Source: Candidatus Omnitrophota bacterium
GTDB taxonomy: Bacteria; Omnitrophota; Gorgyraeia; Zapsychrales; Fredricksoniimonadaceae
Assembly (NCBI GenBank): GCA_037131245.1
Contig: JBAXRK010000009.1
Coordinates: forward strand, 12,388 to 76,387
Direction of reading: 5' to 3'
Length of the DNA: 64,000 nt
Shown: in pieces, positions 15,418 through 23,918 of the stretch
How positions within the stretch are numbered: position 1 is the first letter of the stretch
Layout: each line of letters opens with the position of its first letter
Program-made: the position numbers and the translations under genes
Notes under the pieces: model-generated
Database searches by the model: none
What the model was told of the DNA's origin: nothing
What the model saw: the letters and a program-made list of their open reading frames with translations, nothing else

Positions 15418-17141
15418 TGCCGACATTTAAAGACCGGATCAAGGCCATTCTGCTGCGTGACGGGATCCTGAGTTCGCAGGACCTTGGCCGTGCGGTCGAA
15501 GAGCAGGAAAAGACCGGAGGGGAGCTCAGCAAGATCCTGGCGCGGATGGGCCTGATCGATGAGGAGCAGCTGGCTTTTCTTTTAAGCGAAGGCCTGCATC
15601 TTCCTGTGATCAATATTGCACGCCTCAAGATCGACCCGTCCGTCGTGAATGTTTTGCCCGTCGATATTCTTAAGAAATACCGCATCCTTCCTGTCTCACG
15701 CATCGGCGACAATTTATCCCTGGCCATGGCCGATCCCCTTAACATCTTTGCGATCGATAATGTCAAAGCCCTGACGGGGCTCACGATCACGCCGATCATC
15801 GGGCGCCCCAAGGATATCGCGGACGCGATCGAGCAGTATACGGCGCCAAAATCCGATGAGTCTTTTAATCAGATCCTGCGCGACATCAAGGATGCCGAGG
15901 AGGTGGAGCTGGTCAATGAGGGGCCGGACAGGCTTGATGCCAAAGAGGTCGAGAATATCACTCAGGAGGCGCCGATCATCCGGCTGGCGAATACCATCGT
16001 CCGCCAGGCGGTCGCCGCCAAGGCCTCCGACGTTTTTATTGAACCGCTGGAGAAAAGCCTGCGCATCAGGTACCGCATCGATGGCGTGCTGCGCGAGATC
16101 GACCGCATGTCCAAAGCGCTGCATTTCCCGGTCGTGTCCCGGATCAAGGTGGTCTCGAACCTGGATATTTCCGAGCACCGCATGCCGCAGGACGGGCGGT
16201 TTAAGTCGTCGCTCGAGGGTGGCAAGGAAGTGGATTTTCGTGTTTCCATTTTGCCGACGGTCTATGGGGAAAAGGTGGTGCTGCGGGTCCTCGACAAGAA
16301 CCAGGGCCGTGTGGATATTGAGAAACTGGGGATGGAGCCGGGCCCGCTACTTCGCCTGAAGGAGGCCTGTAGCCGCCCTCACGGGATGATCCTGATCTGC
16401 GGTCCGACGGGCAGCGGGAAAACGACCACGCTTTATTCTATTTTGCGGCATATCGATTCTCCGGGAAAAAATATCGTGACCGTTGAGGATCCGGTGGAAT
16501 ATCAGATGAAGGGCCTAAATCAGGTGAATATCCGTTATGAGGTCGGCCTGACATTCAGCGCGACACTGCGTTCGATCCTGCGCCAGGATCCGGATGTCAT
16601 CATGATCGGCGAGATCCGCGATTCGGAAACACTCGATATCGGGATCAAGGCGGCATTGACCGGGCATTTGGTGGTCAGTTCCCTGCATACGACGACGGCG
16701 TCCGGTTCGGTGGTCCGCATGGTCAATATGGGCATTGAGCCTTTCCTGATTTGTTCCGCGGTCAATTGCCTGGTGGCGCAACGCTTGTTGCGCCGTATTT
16801 GCCCGAGCTGCAAGGAAGCCGTGACCATATCGGAAACCCTTTATAACAAGCTGAATATCGGCCGGATCATTCCAGGTAAAGACCTTCTTTTTTATCGTGG
16901 TAAAGGGTGTGTGCAATGCTTGAAGTCCGGCTATTCGGGCCGAGTGGGTATTCACGAGGTGTTGCCGCTATCACCGGCGATCAAGAAGTTAATTCTGGCG
17001 CGGGCCGGCGAGATCCAGATCAAATCGGCGGGCCGCGAAGAGGGCATGCGCACGATGCGCGAGGACGCGCTGGCCAAGGCGGCACAGGGATTGACATCAC
17101 TTGAGGAGGTCGTGCGCGTGACCGCGCAGGACGAGAAATGA
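15417..17141 (+). CDS. pilB: Type IV pilus / T2SS assembly ATPase (PilB/GspE family), copy 1
   Basis: It has a Walker A (GPTGSGKTTTLYS), Asp/His boxes (VMIGEIRDSET, LVVSSLHT), a tetracysteine CPSC...CVQC and an N-terminal T2SSE_N domain. It joins the upstream gene by a TAATG overlap. Confidence 0.93.
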   Translation: MPTFKDRIKAILLRDGILSSQDLGRAVEEQEKTGGELSKILARMGLIDEEQLAFLLSEGLHLPVINIARLKIDPSVVNVLPVDILKKYRILPVSRIGDNLSLAMADPLNIFAIDNVKALTGLTITPIIGRPKDIADAIEQYTAPKSDESFNQILRDIKDAEEVELVNEGPDRLDAKEVENITQEAPIIRLANTIVRQAVAAKASDVFIEPLEKSLRIRYRIDGVLREIDRMSKALHFPVVSRIKVVSNLDISEHRMPQDGRFKSSLEGGKEVDFRVSILPTVYGEKVVLRVLDKNQGRVDIEKLGMEPGPLLRLKEACSRPHGMILICGPTGSGKTTTLYSILRHIDSPGKNIVTVEDPVEYQMKGLNQVNIRYEVGLTFSATLRSILRQDPDVIMIGEIRDSETLDIGIKAALTGHLVVSSLHTTTASGSVVRMVNMGIEPFLICSAVNCLVAQRLLRRICPSCKEAVTISETLYNKLNIGRIIPGKDLLFYRGKGCVQCLKSGYSGRVGIHEVLPLSPAIKKLILARAGEIQIKSAGREEGMRTMREDALAKAAQGLTSLEEVVRVTAQDEK

Positions 17142-17144
17142 TCC

Positions 17145-18845
17145 ATGCCTAATGTCCGTGAACGCATCATTAACGCTCTTGTGCAACTGCCCGGGATCGA
17201 CCGGGGGGCGGTGGACGCCGCGCTTGACTACCAGCGGGAGAAGAATATCTCTTTTGCCGAGGCGGTGGTTGCCAAGGGGCTTATTCCTGAAAAAGACTTT
17301 GTTTTGCTGCTTGTCCGGGAGCTCAAGATCCCTTCAGTTGACTTGCGGCGTTTCAAACTTGACCCGCGCCTGAAGGATGAAGTTCCGGAGCGGCTCGCAC
17401 GGCAGTACAACCTCATCCCGATCGCGACCCTCGGGACGAGCCTGACCGTGGCGCTGGGTGATCCGCTGAATGTTTTTGCCCTTGATGATCTTCGGGATAT
17501 GACCGGCAAGAAGATCGATGTCGTGATGGCGACCCCTTCCCAGATAAAAGATGCGGTCGACCGTTTTTATGGCGGGGCGGACCAGGGGTCGGTTGCCGAG
17601 ATCAGCAAGAACATCGATGTCGGCGATTTTGAGATCATTGCTGATACCAAGGAAGAAGACGGCGCGGACGTCGATGGCAGTGAACAGGCACCGGTCATCC
17701 GCATGGTTAACCTGGTTTTGAAGGAGGCCTTGCGTCAGCGGGCGTCCGATGTCCATATGGAACCCACGGAAGGCCATATGCGCGTCCGTTACCGCGTGGA
17801 CGGGGTCCTGGTCGATGTCCTTGAGATCCCCCGGGAGAGCCAGGGCGCGGTGCTGGTGCGTATCAAGATCATGTCACGGATTGATATCACGGTCACGCAG
17901 GTGCCGCAGGACGGGCGTTTTAAACTGAGGATGTCAGGCAAGGAAGTGGATTTCCGGGTTTCGATCCTGCCGACCAGCCACGGGGCCAAGGTTGTTATGC
18001 GGCTGTTGGATAAGGCTAATCTGTCGGTGGGCCTGGGGCAGCTGGGTTTGTCGGACCATTCGCTCGCGCTGGTCGAGGAAGGTATTCTTAAGCCTTTTGG
18101 GATGATCCTGGTCACCGGACCGACCGGAAGCGGGAAGTCGACGACGCTGTATTCGATCATCAACAAACTTAATAGTGTGGACAAGAATATTATCACGGTT
18201 GAAGACCCGGTTGAATATCTGGTGGACGGCTTGACCCAGATCGAGGTGCGCGCGGATATAGGTCTTACGTTCGCCGCCGCCTTGCGTTCAATCCTTCGTC
18301 AGAGCCCGGATATCGTGATGGTGGGCGAGATCCGCGATAATGAAACGGCGGATATCGCCATTAAAGCGTCATTGACGGGGCAGCTGGTTTTCTCCACGCT
18401 GCACACGAATGACGCTGCCGGCGCGTTGACCCGTTTGGTTGATATGGATGTGGAGCCTTTTTTGGTGGCCTCGAGCCTGGTCCTGGTGTGTGCCCAGCGC
18501 CTGGCGCGTAAGATCTGCCCGCATTGCAAGTATGAGGTCGAGGTACCGATCGAAGCGCTCAAACGGTTTGAAGGAGCCCTCGATCCCAAGACCCGCTTTT
18601 ACGCCGGGCGCGGTTGCGATCACTGCCGTCATACGGGCTATCGCGGCCGCTTCGCGGTCACCGAGATCCTGGTGATGGACGATCCGATCCGGGAGATGCT
18701 GCTGCAGGGCAAGTCGTCAGACGATATCAAGGATTATGCCCGCCGGCAGAAAACGCTCCGGGTCTTGTGGGATGACGCGGTCGAGCGCCTGGCGCAGGGA
18801 CAGACGACGATCGAGGAAGTGTTGCGTATTGTTTCAGATGAGTGA
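17145..18845 (+). CDS. pilB: Type IV pilus / T2SS assembly ATPase (PilB/GspE family), copy 2
   Basis: It has GPTGSGKSTTLYS, VMVGEIRDNET, LVFSTLHT and CPHC...CDHC. It is a paralogue of copy 1, and by eye roughly half or more of the core residues are identical. Confidence 0.93.
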   Translation: MPNVRERIINALVQLPGIDRGAVDAALDYQREKNISFAEAVVAKGLIPEKDFVLLLVRELKIPSVDLRRFKLDPRLKDEVPERLARQYNLIPIATLGTSLTVALGDPLNVFALDDLRDMTGKKIDVVMATPSQIKDAVDRFYGGADQGSVAEISKNIDVGDFEIIADTKEEDGADVDGSEQAPVIRMVNLVLKEALRQRASDVHMEPTEGHMRVRYRVDGVLVDVLEIPRESQGAVLVRIKIMSRIDITVTQVPQDGRFKLRMSGKEVDFRVSILPTSHGAKVVMRLLDKANLSVGLGQLGLSDHSLALVEEGILKPFGMILVTGPTGSGKSTTLYSIINKLNSVDKNIITVEDPVEYLVDGLTQIEVRADIGLTFAAALRSILRQSPDIVMVGEIRDNETADIAIKASLTGQLVFSTLHTNDAAGALTRLVDMDVEPFLVASSLVLVCAQRLARKICPHCKYEVEVPIEALKRFEGALDPKTRFYAGRGCDHCRHTGYRGRFAVTEILVMDDPIREMLLQGKSSDDIKDYARRQKTLRVLWDDAVERLAQGQTTIEEVLRIVSDE

Positions 18846-18921
18846 AAACGGATTTTTAGCTTCCGCCGCGGGGGATCGCGGTTATAATAAAGACGGGTGA
18901 GCGGGAAGTGGGGGGGCTGTT

Positions 18922-19377
18922 ATGACAAAATGCTGTCTGGACCGTAAATTGATCGGGGAGATCCTTGTCGAGCGTGGTTTGATCTCGCAGGTTGATCTTG
19001 ATAGCGCGCTCAGCCATCAGAAATCCACGCCTGGCAGTTTCTTGGGTGAAATTCTCATTCGCCTGGGGGTGTTGACCGAGATCGACATTGTGACCGCCCT
19101 GGTGCTTCAGTGCAATCTGCCCTATATCGCGGTCAGCAAGCATCTGATCGAGCCTGAAGTGGCGCGCCTGATCCCGGCCGTCATGGCCCGCCGGGAAAGA
19201 GTGATCCCGCTTGACCGTATCGGGAACGTTCTAAGCATTGTTGTGCCCGGCCCGTTGCGGGAATCCCTGCGCGAGGAACTTGAACGGGTCTCCGGATGCA
19301 AGATCGCGATGTTCATCACCACGCCGACCGAGATCGACGGCGCTTTGGACCGGCTTTATCCGGTGAAAAATCCTTAA
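18922..19377 (+). CDS. Stand-alone T2SSE_N / MshEN-type domain protein, second copy
   Basis: This 151-aa protein carries LIGEILVERGLISQVDLDSALSHQ, FLGEILIRLGVLTEIDIVTALVLQ and VIPLDRIGNVLSIVVPGPL. An RBS ggggggg lies upstream. Confidence 0.8.
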   Translation: MTKCCLDRKLIGEILVERGLISQVDLDSALSHQKSTPGSFLGEILIRLGVLTEIDIVTALVLQCNLPYIAVSKHLIEPEVARLIPAVMARRERVIPLDRIGNVLSIVVPGPLRESLREELERVSGCKIAMFITTPTEIDGALDRLYPVKNP

Positions 19378-19388
19378 GGATAATTTTT

Positions 19389-20600
19389 ATGGCGACATTC
19401 CGTTATTCCGCGAAAGACTTCGACGCCCATACGTTCACCGGCAAGATCCAGGCGGCCGATCAGGCAGCCGTTATCGACGAGCTGCGCAAGCGCAAGCTGA
19501 TCATCGTCAGCATTGAGGAAGAGAGGGCATCATCCTTAATGCCGGCTTCTTCCGGCAAAACCGCGCCCATCAAAAGTGAAGATGTTATTCTTTTCTCCCG
19601 TCAGATGGCGACAATGGTCGACGCGGGTATCCCGATCCTGCAGACGGTCGACGCGTTGCAGGAACAGATGGTGAATCCTTCTTTTAAGAGGGTCCTCATT
19701 ACGGTCCGTGACGATATCCGTCTCGGCAGCAGCCTTTCCGCCGCTTTTGCCAAGCATTCCAGGGTTTTCGACGGCCTGTTTATTAATATGATCAGGGTCG
19801 GCGAGACCGGCGGTGTTTTGACGACGGTCCTTGACCGCCTTTCATCGTATATGGAGAAGTCCGAGCGCTTGCGCCGCAAGGTCAGCGGGGCGCTGGTTTA
19901 TCCCATGGTCATTGTGTCGATGGCGATGATCGTTACCATCGTTCTGCTGGTCAAGGTCGTGCCGACCTTCTCCTCGATCTATGCTTCGTTCGGCCGCAAG
20001 CTGCCGGCGATGACGCAGATCCTTCTTGATGTGAGCAATGGCTTGAAGGATAATTTTTTGGCGATCATCCTGATCGGCGGGGCCATGGTGGGCGCGGTGA
20101 TGGCTTATCAGCGCACCGAAAAAGGCGCGTATCAGATCGACGGGCTTAAATTGAAGTTGCCGGTTTTTGGTGACCTGCTTAAGAAAGTATCCGTGAGCCG
20201 CTTTTGCCGGACCCTCGCGGTGCTTATTCAGAGCGGGGTCCCTATTCTGGAAGGGCTTGATATTGTGCGCAAGACCATCGGTAACCGGGTCCTTGAAAAG
20301 GTCATTGCCGAGGTCATCGACAGCGTGCGGGAGGGCGAAAGCATTTCGGAACCGCTTACCCGGAGCAAAGTTTTTCCGACCATGGTCACCAAGATGATCT
20401 CGGTTGGTGAACAGTCGGGGCAGCTGGACAAGATGCTGGTTAAAGTTGCCGATTTCTTTGATGACCAGGTTGACGCGGCGGTGGAAACGCTAACCAGCCT
20501 TATTGAGCCGTTCATTATCGGTTTTCTGGGGATCGTGATCGGGTTCATCGTGATCGCGCTTTTCATGCCGATCATCAGCATTACGACAATGATCAACTAA
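19389..20600 (+). CDS. pilC: Type IV pilus platform protein PilC (GspF family)
   Basis: I prefer the ATG at 19389 (MATFRYSAKD...); the ORF track extension from 19296 overlaps the upstream gene. It has two GspF repeats and 3 TM segments (FSRQMATMVDAGIPILQ, FCRTLAVLIQSGVPILE). Confidence 0.92.
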   Translation: MATFRYSAKDFDAHTFTGKIQAADQAAVIDELRKRKLIIVSIEEERASSLMPASSGKTAPIKSEDVILFSRQMATMVDAGIPILQTVDALQEQMVNPSFKRVLITVRDDIRLGSSLSAAFAKHSRVFDGLFINMIRVGETGGVLTTVLDRLSSYMEKSERLRRKVSGALVYPMVIVSMAMIVTIVLLVKVVPTFSSIYASFGRKLPAMTQILLDVSNGLKDNFLAIILIGGAMVGAVMAYQRTEKGAYQIDGLKLKLPVFGDLLKKVSVSRFCRTLAVLIQSGVPILEGLDIVRKTIGNRVLEKVIAEVIDSVREGESISEPLTRSKVFPTMVTKMISVGEQSGQLDKMLVKVADFFDDQVDAAVETLTSLIEPFIIGFLGIVIGFIVIALFMPIISITTMIN

Positions 20601-20612
20601 ACGGAGATCTTG

Positions 20613-21659
20613 ATGGTGCGTTCATGGCAGTGGTTGATGGTGGCGGTCCTTCTGTTGGCCGGGGTAGCGCGGCCCCTGTTTGCCGATTCTCTGGCAGAAG
20701 TGTCCAGTGCCCAGGATAAGCTGGACTATACGCTTAATACACTTAAAGAAAGCGTGGCCCGGCTTAGCGACGAAAATAAAAAGCTTTCGGCCGGCAATGA
20801 GCAACTTAAGTTGAAATTGGCGCCGATGAATGATCGGCTCAATCAGGAACAGTCCAGGGAAGCTAAGCTGGTTGCCCAGCGTGACGCGCTGGATGCCGAT
20901 TATCGTAAGAGCCTGGCGGCGCGTGCCGCGTTGCAGGGACTGTTCGACCAAGGAGCTGCCGATCTAGCGGGCTTCAACGCTTCTCGCTTGGCGGCGGAAG
21001 ATGCGCTGAAGGCCCGGGATGTGGAAAATGCCGCTCTGGCTGCCAGGGCTGAGGCGTTGACACGGGAGTTGGAGGATATCCGTACCGGTCTGGTACCCGG
21101 TGAGGATCATACGGCTGAATTGGAAGCGCTGCGCGTGGCCCAGCAGTCGGCCCAGAAAGATCTTGAGATGTTCACCGCTCAGCTTGATCGTTTGCGTGCC
21201 GAGTGGAAGGAATTGGCGGTTTTTATTAACGCGGGCCCTGGTCAGGTGGATGTGCTTAAACAGGAACAGTCTACGCTTCAGGCGGATATTGTGCGCCGCA
21301 CGCAGGAGGTTGAGGATTTACGCCAGAAGGCGGCATCAGCCGTTAAAGAAGCGGATGATGTTTCTGCCAGGTTCTCGGCCGAGGCCCTGGCGTTGACGGA
21401 ACGGGATGTTCAGTTGCTGGAAGCAAAAGTACTCGCGGCCGAGCAGGAAGCGGCAGAGGCTGAAAAAACGGCACGCAGTGGTAAGGTGTCGCCGGCTCAG
21501 GATGCCAAGCTAAAAAAGGATGAGACCCGCTTCAAGGACTTGATGCAGCGCAACAAGGACCTGGTCATGGGCTTGAAGAATTTGCAGCGTTCCATGGTTA
21601 GTATGGACAAAAAGAAGTCGGCCCTGGAAAAAGAGCTGGAGCAGAACCGCTCCTATTGA
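20613..21659 (+). CDS. Secreted coiled-coil protein of unknown function inside the pilus operon
   Basis: GGAG lies 6 nt upstream of ATG 20613. A signal peptide (WLMVAVLLLAGVARPLFA|DS) is followed by about 320 aa of A/E/L/K/R-rich heptad-like sequence. Confidence 0.75.
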   Translation: MVRSWQWLMVAVLLLAGVARPLFADSLAEVSSAQDKLDYTLNTLKESVARLSDENKKLSAGNEQLKLKLAPMNDRLNQEQSREAKLVAQRDALDADYRKSLAARAALQGLFDQGAADLAGFNASRLAAEDALKARDVENAALAARAEALTRELEDIRTGLVPGEDHTAELEALRVAQQSAQKDLEMFTAQLDRLRAEWKELAVFINAGPGQVDVLKQEQSTLQADIVRRTQEVEDLRQKAASAVKEADDVSARFSAEALALTERDVQLLEAKVLAAEQEAAEAEKTARSGKVSPAQDAKLKKDETRFKDLMQRNKDLVMGLKNLQRSMVSMDKKKSALEKELEQNRSY

Positions 21660-21662
21660 TCC

Positions 21663-21692
21663 TTGGACAAATGGCCTGCGGTATGGTATGCT
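21663..21692 (+). promoter_or_regulatory. Candidate sigma70 promoter (extended -10) for the pilin gene
   Basis: TTGGAC (21663-21668), an 18-nt spacer, then TGgTATGCT (TG at 21684-21685, hexamer 21687-21692). This would leave a 5' leader of about 155 nt. Confidence 0.4.
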
Positions 21693-21855
21693 TTAAGCAG
21701 GATGAAACGTAGGAACGGGGAAGGAAAGGAGGCGGTAAGCGTCTTAACTTAACCGGGTGGTGTCGAAGGCGAGAACAGGTGAAACGTCATTATACTTACC
21801 TTTCGTAGTTCTCTCCCGATGGGCATCACCGCACAAACAACATCATGGAGGGTTT

Positions 21856-22248
21856 ATGTCTAACAAAAAAGGTTTTACGCTCGTTGAGATCATGATCGTG
21901 GTGGCTATTATCGCGTTGCTGGCTGCTATCGCTATTCCGAACCTGTTGAGAGCCAAGATCGCGGCGAACGATGCCCTGGCGAAGGGTACCCTCCGCACGC
22001 TGTCGACCGCGTCTGAGACGTTTGCGACCGCGAATAACGGTGTTTATCCCGGAGATCAGGCTTCGTTGACGGCGCCCACTTCTGGTCCGGCGTATGTGAA
22101 CAAGAATTACTGCGATACTGTTAATGCCGGGTTCTCGGTTACTTGCGCTTTCGGCACTGGATCGTACACGTTCACGGCTACACCCACGGCGGTCGGAACA
22201 TCGGGTACGACCACGTTCTTAATGAAAACGGGCGGTATCCTGGAATAA
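21856..22248 (+). CDS. Type IV pilin (PilA-like major pilin)
   Basis: I prefer the ATG at 21856, which has GGAGG 5 nt upstream. It has a short leader and prepilin cleavage/methylation motif (MSNKKG|FTLVEIMIVVAIIALLAAIAIPN) and a C-terminal Cys pair (NYCDTVNAGFSVTC). Confidence 0.93.
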   Translation: MSNKKGFTLVEIMIVVAIIALLAAIAIPNLLRAKIAANDALAKGTLRTLSTASETFATANNGVYPGDQASLTAPTSGPAYVNKNYCDTVNAGFSVTCAFGTGSYTFTATPTAVGTSGTTTFLMKTGGILE

Positions 22249-22269
22249 GATCAGATTGACATGATCTGT

Positions 22270-22305
22270 CAAAAAGAAGAGGCCTTGATGGCCTCTTCTT
22301 CTTTT
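22270..22305. terminator. Bidirectional rho-independent terminator between convergent genes
   Basis: An 11-bp perfect stem (aagaagaggcc / ggcctcttctt) is flanked by an A-run upstream and a T-run downstream. Confidence 0.8.
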
Positions 22306-22313
22306 ATGGGGCG

Positions 22314-23846
22314 TTATTGGACGATGCCTTGCAGCCGGTACTTGGGGTGGAGCGGATCAGTGTATTGCGGGTATAGCACATCGACGAAGTAGTAGTGCTT
22401 TCCCGGGGGGTCATTCTTTTTGATGAGCCAGTTAACCCAGTAATTCCCGGGCTCGTTGGGGCGAATGTAGAATGAAAGGTCTTTTTCCTGCCGATGCTGG
22501 GCGATAAAGCCTTCCAGAAGTTTGATAAGTAAGCGGGAAGGGCGCTGATCTTCGGCGATCGTGGTACAAATTCGGGAAATGTTCCAGGATCCCTGGACCG
22601 CCAGGCAAAGTAGTGTGATGGAGAGGGCGCCGGCAAGCAGGCGGTGTTTATTGAAAAGCGGCCGTGTGACCAAAAAAAGAAGGGGTGTGAACAGCACCCA
22701 GAAATTATAGAAATAATACAGACTGCGATGAAGTCCGGAGCCATCCTCACGAACATTGGCACGTCCGGCCACGATGATAAGAACATAACCGGCCAGCATC
22801 GCTGTCAGGAGCAGGGCTTTAGCGGACATTGTTTCTTTCCTGCACTTGAGCATGCTTATGCCGGCAGAGGCTGCCGTGGCTATCAGGGCTGCCGCACCGA
22901 TCCAGCGCGCGGGATCCGCGTTGGCAAGCGGCCAATCCCAGCGGAAGACGTCCGGCCTGACCATTAGCCGGCTGATAGGGATAATGTCCTGTGGTTGAAG
23001 GAAGAAGCCGCCTGCGATGAACCATTTGGCGACTGAGCCGAAATTCATTAATGTCTTGAGTCCCGGCAGGGTGCCGGCGATCCTTGAAGTTTCCGCGTCA
23101 AAATGACAGGCTGTTATCAGCCAGTGCCCGATATCCCAGCCGGCATAGATCAGGATCGGTACTAAAAGGATCAGGGACTTTTGTTCTCGTCCGGAGCCTT
23201 TAAGGGACAGGAAGGCGTAAAGAAAGAGGCAGGGAATATACCAGATACCGGCTTCGTAGATCAGCACGGCGGCCAGAAGCCAGCCGGCGCAGGTGTTCAG
23301 AGAGCGCTGGTCATGACCGGCGGACAGAAGATGCGTTTCTAGTTGGTCCAAGGCCATCAGGATGAATCCGGCAAAGAAAACGTAGGGAGTGATCCCGTGC
23401 CAGATAACCGCTTCGGTATTCGCGAACAGGAAAGCGAAAAAGATAGTAAAAAGCCAGGCGGCGGCCTGGGATCCCGCATGGTCGCCGGCCCAGCGCCGGA
23501 GTAAACGCCATAGTGCCCAGACAGAAAAAAGATGCGCGCCGAGGGCGGTCAGTTGCCACCAGAAAAAAGCGTAACCGAAGATCATTTTTTGCAGGTAGAG
23601 CATCAGGAACAGGAGCGGGCGGAAAAGGAGCACGTCACCCGGAGAAAAGGTTCGGGTGCGGTTATAGAACATGGCGTCGATGAGCGATTGGGAGGAATTG
23701 CTTTTTCCGGCATATTCAGCCAGAAAGCTGACCTGGTCGGCACGGGCGATATGATAGAGCGCCGGGCAGTACGCGAGGGCCACCAGGATCAGCAGGATCA
23801 GAAAGCCCGCGGCAGGCGCCCAGGGAGGAAGTTGATTTCTTGGCAT
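22314..23846 (-). CDS. Polytopic inner-membrane protein, possibly GT-C-type glycosyltransferase
   Basis: This is the only minus-strand gene. It has about 12-13 hydrophobic helices followed by a soluble C-terminal tail of about 85 aa. This architecture resembles ArnT/PMT-like or oligosaccharyltransferase-like enzymes, but I could not verify a signature motif. Confidence 0.7.
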   Translation of the reverse strand: MPRNQLPPWAPAAGFLILLILVALAYCPALYHIARADQVSFLAEYAGKSNSSQSLIDAMFYNRTRTFSPGDVLLFRPLLFLMLYLQKMIFGYAFFWWQLTALGAHLFSVWALWRLLRRWAGDHAGSQAAAWLFTIFFAFLFANTEAVIWHGITPYVFFAGFILMALDQLETHLLSAGHDQRSLNTCAGWLLAAVLIYEAGIWYIPCLFLYAFLSLKGSGREQKSLILLVPILIYAGWDIGHWLITACHFDAETSRIAGTLPGLKTLMNFGSVAKWFIAGGFFLQPQDIIPISRLMVRPDVFRWDWPLANADPARWIGAAALIATAASAGISMLKCRKETMSAKALLLTAMLAGYVLIIVAGRANVREDGSGLHRSLYYFYNFWVLFTPLLFLVTRPLFNKHRLLAGALSITLLCLAVQGSWNISRICTTIAEDQRPSRLLIKLLEGFIAQHRQEKDLSFYIRPNEPGNYWVNWLIKKNDPPGKHYYFVDVLYPQYTDPLHPKYRLQGIVQ

Positions 23847-23879
23847 GGAGCGATTATACCATAAATTAAATATTTATAT

Positions 23880-23907
23880 TTCAAGACGGGGCGACTTTTG
23901 CTATTAT
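23880..23907 (+). promoter_or_regulatory. Candidate promoter for pilMNOPQ in an AT-rich divergent gap
   Basis: TTCAAG (23880-23885), a 16-nt spacer, then TATTAT (23902-23907). The pilM ATG lies only 12 nt after the -10, and no SD is visible. Confidence 0.3.
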
Positions 23908-23918
23908 AAGCCTTACTT

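Noticed and set aside
18846-18921. Terminator or promoter in the gap between pilB copy 2 and the second MshEN gene
   Set aside because: There is only a 5-6-bp GC stem (ccgcg/cgcgg) with a poor U-tract, and a TATAAT without a credible -35. The evidence is insufficient either way.
19296-19388. N-terminal extensions offered by the ORF track (pilC 19296; also metY 38824, rpsS 61032, rpsQ 63063, secE 43562, rpoC 49976)
   Set aside because: The extensions overlap upstream genes or a tRNA, and they encode Arg-rich junk. Internal ATGs match the conserved N-termini and have an SD.
21757-21855. N-terminal extension of the pilin ORF (GTG start at 21757)
   Set aside because: It would put 33 residues in front of the prepilin leader. 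The ATG at 21856 has a GGAGG RBS and gives the canonical short leader MSNKKG|FTLVE.
21693-21855. c-di-GMP riboswitch (GEMM-I/II) in the pilin leader
   Set aside because: I considered it because such riboswitches precede pilin genes in some bacteria. I could not find the conserved GEMM sequence blocks as I recall them, so I kept it only as an unclassified structured leader.
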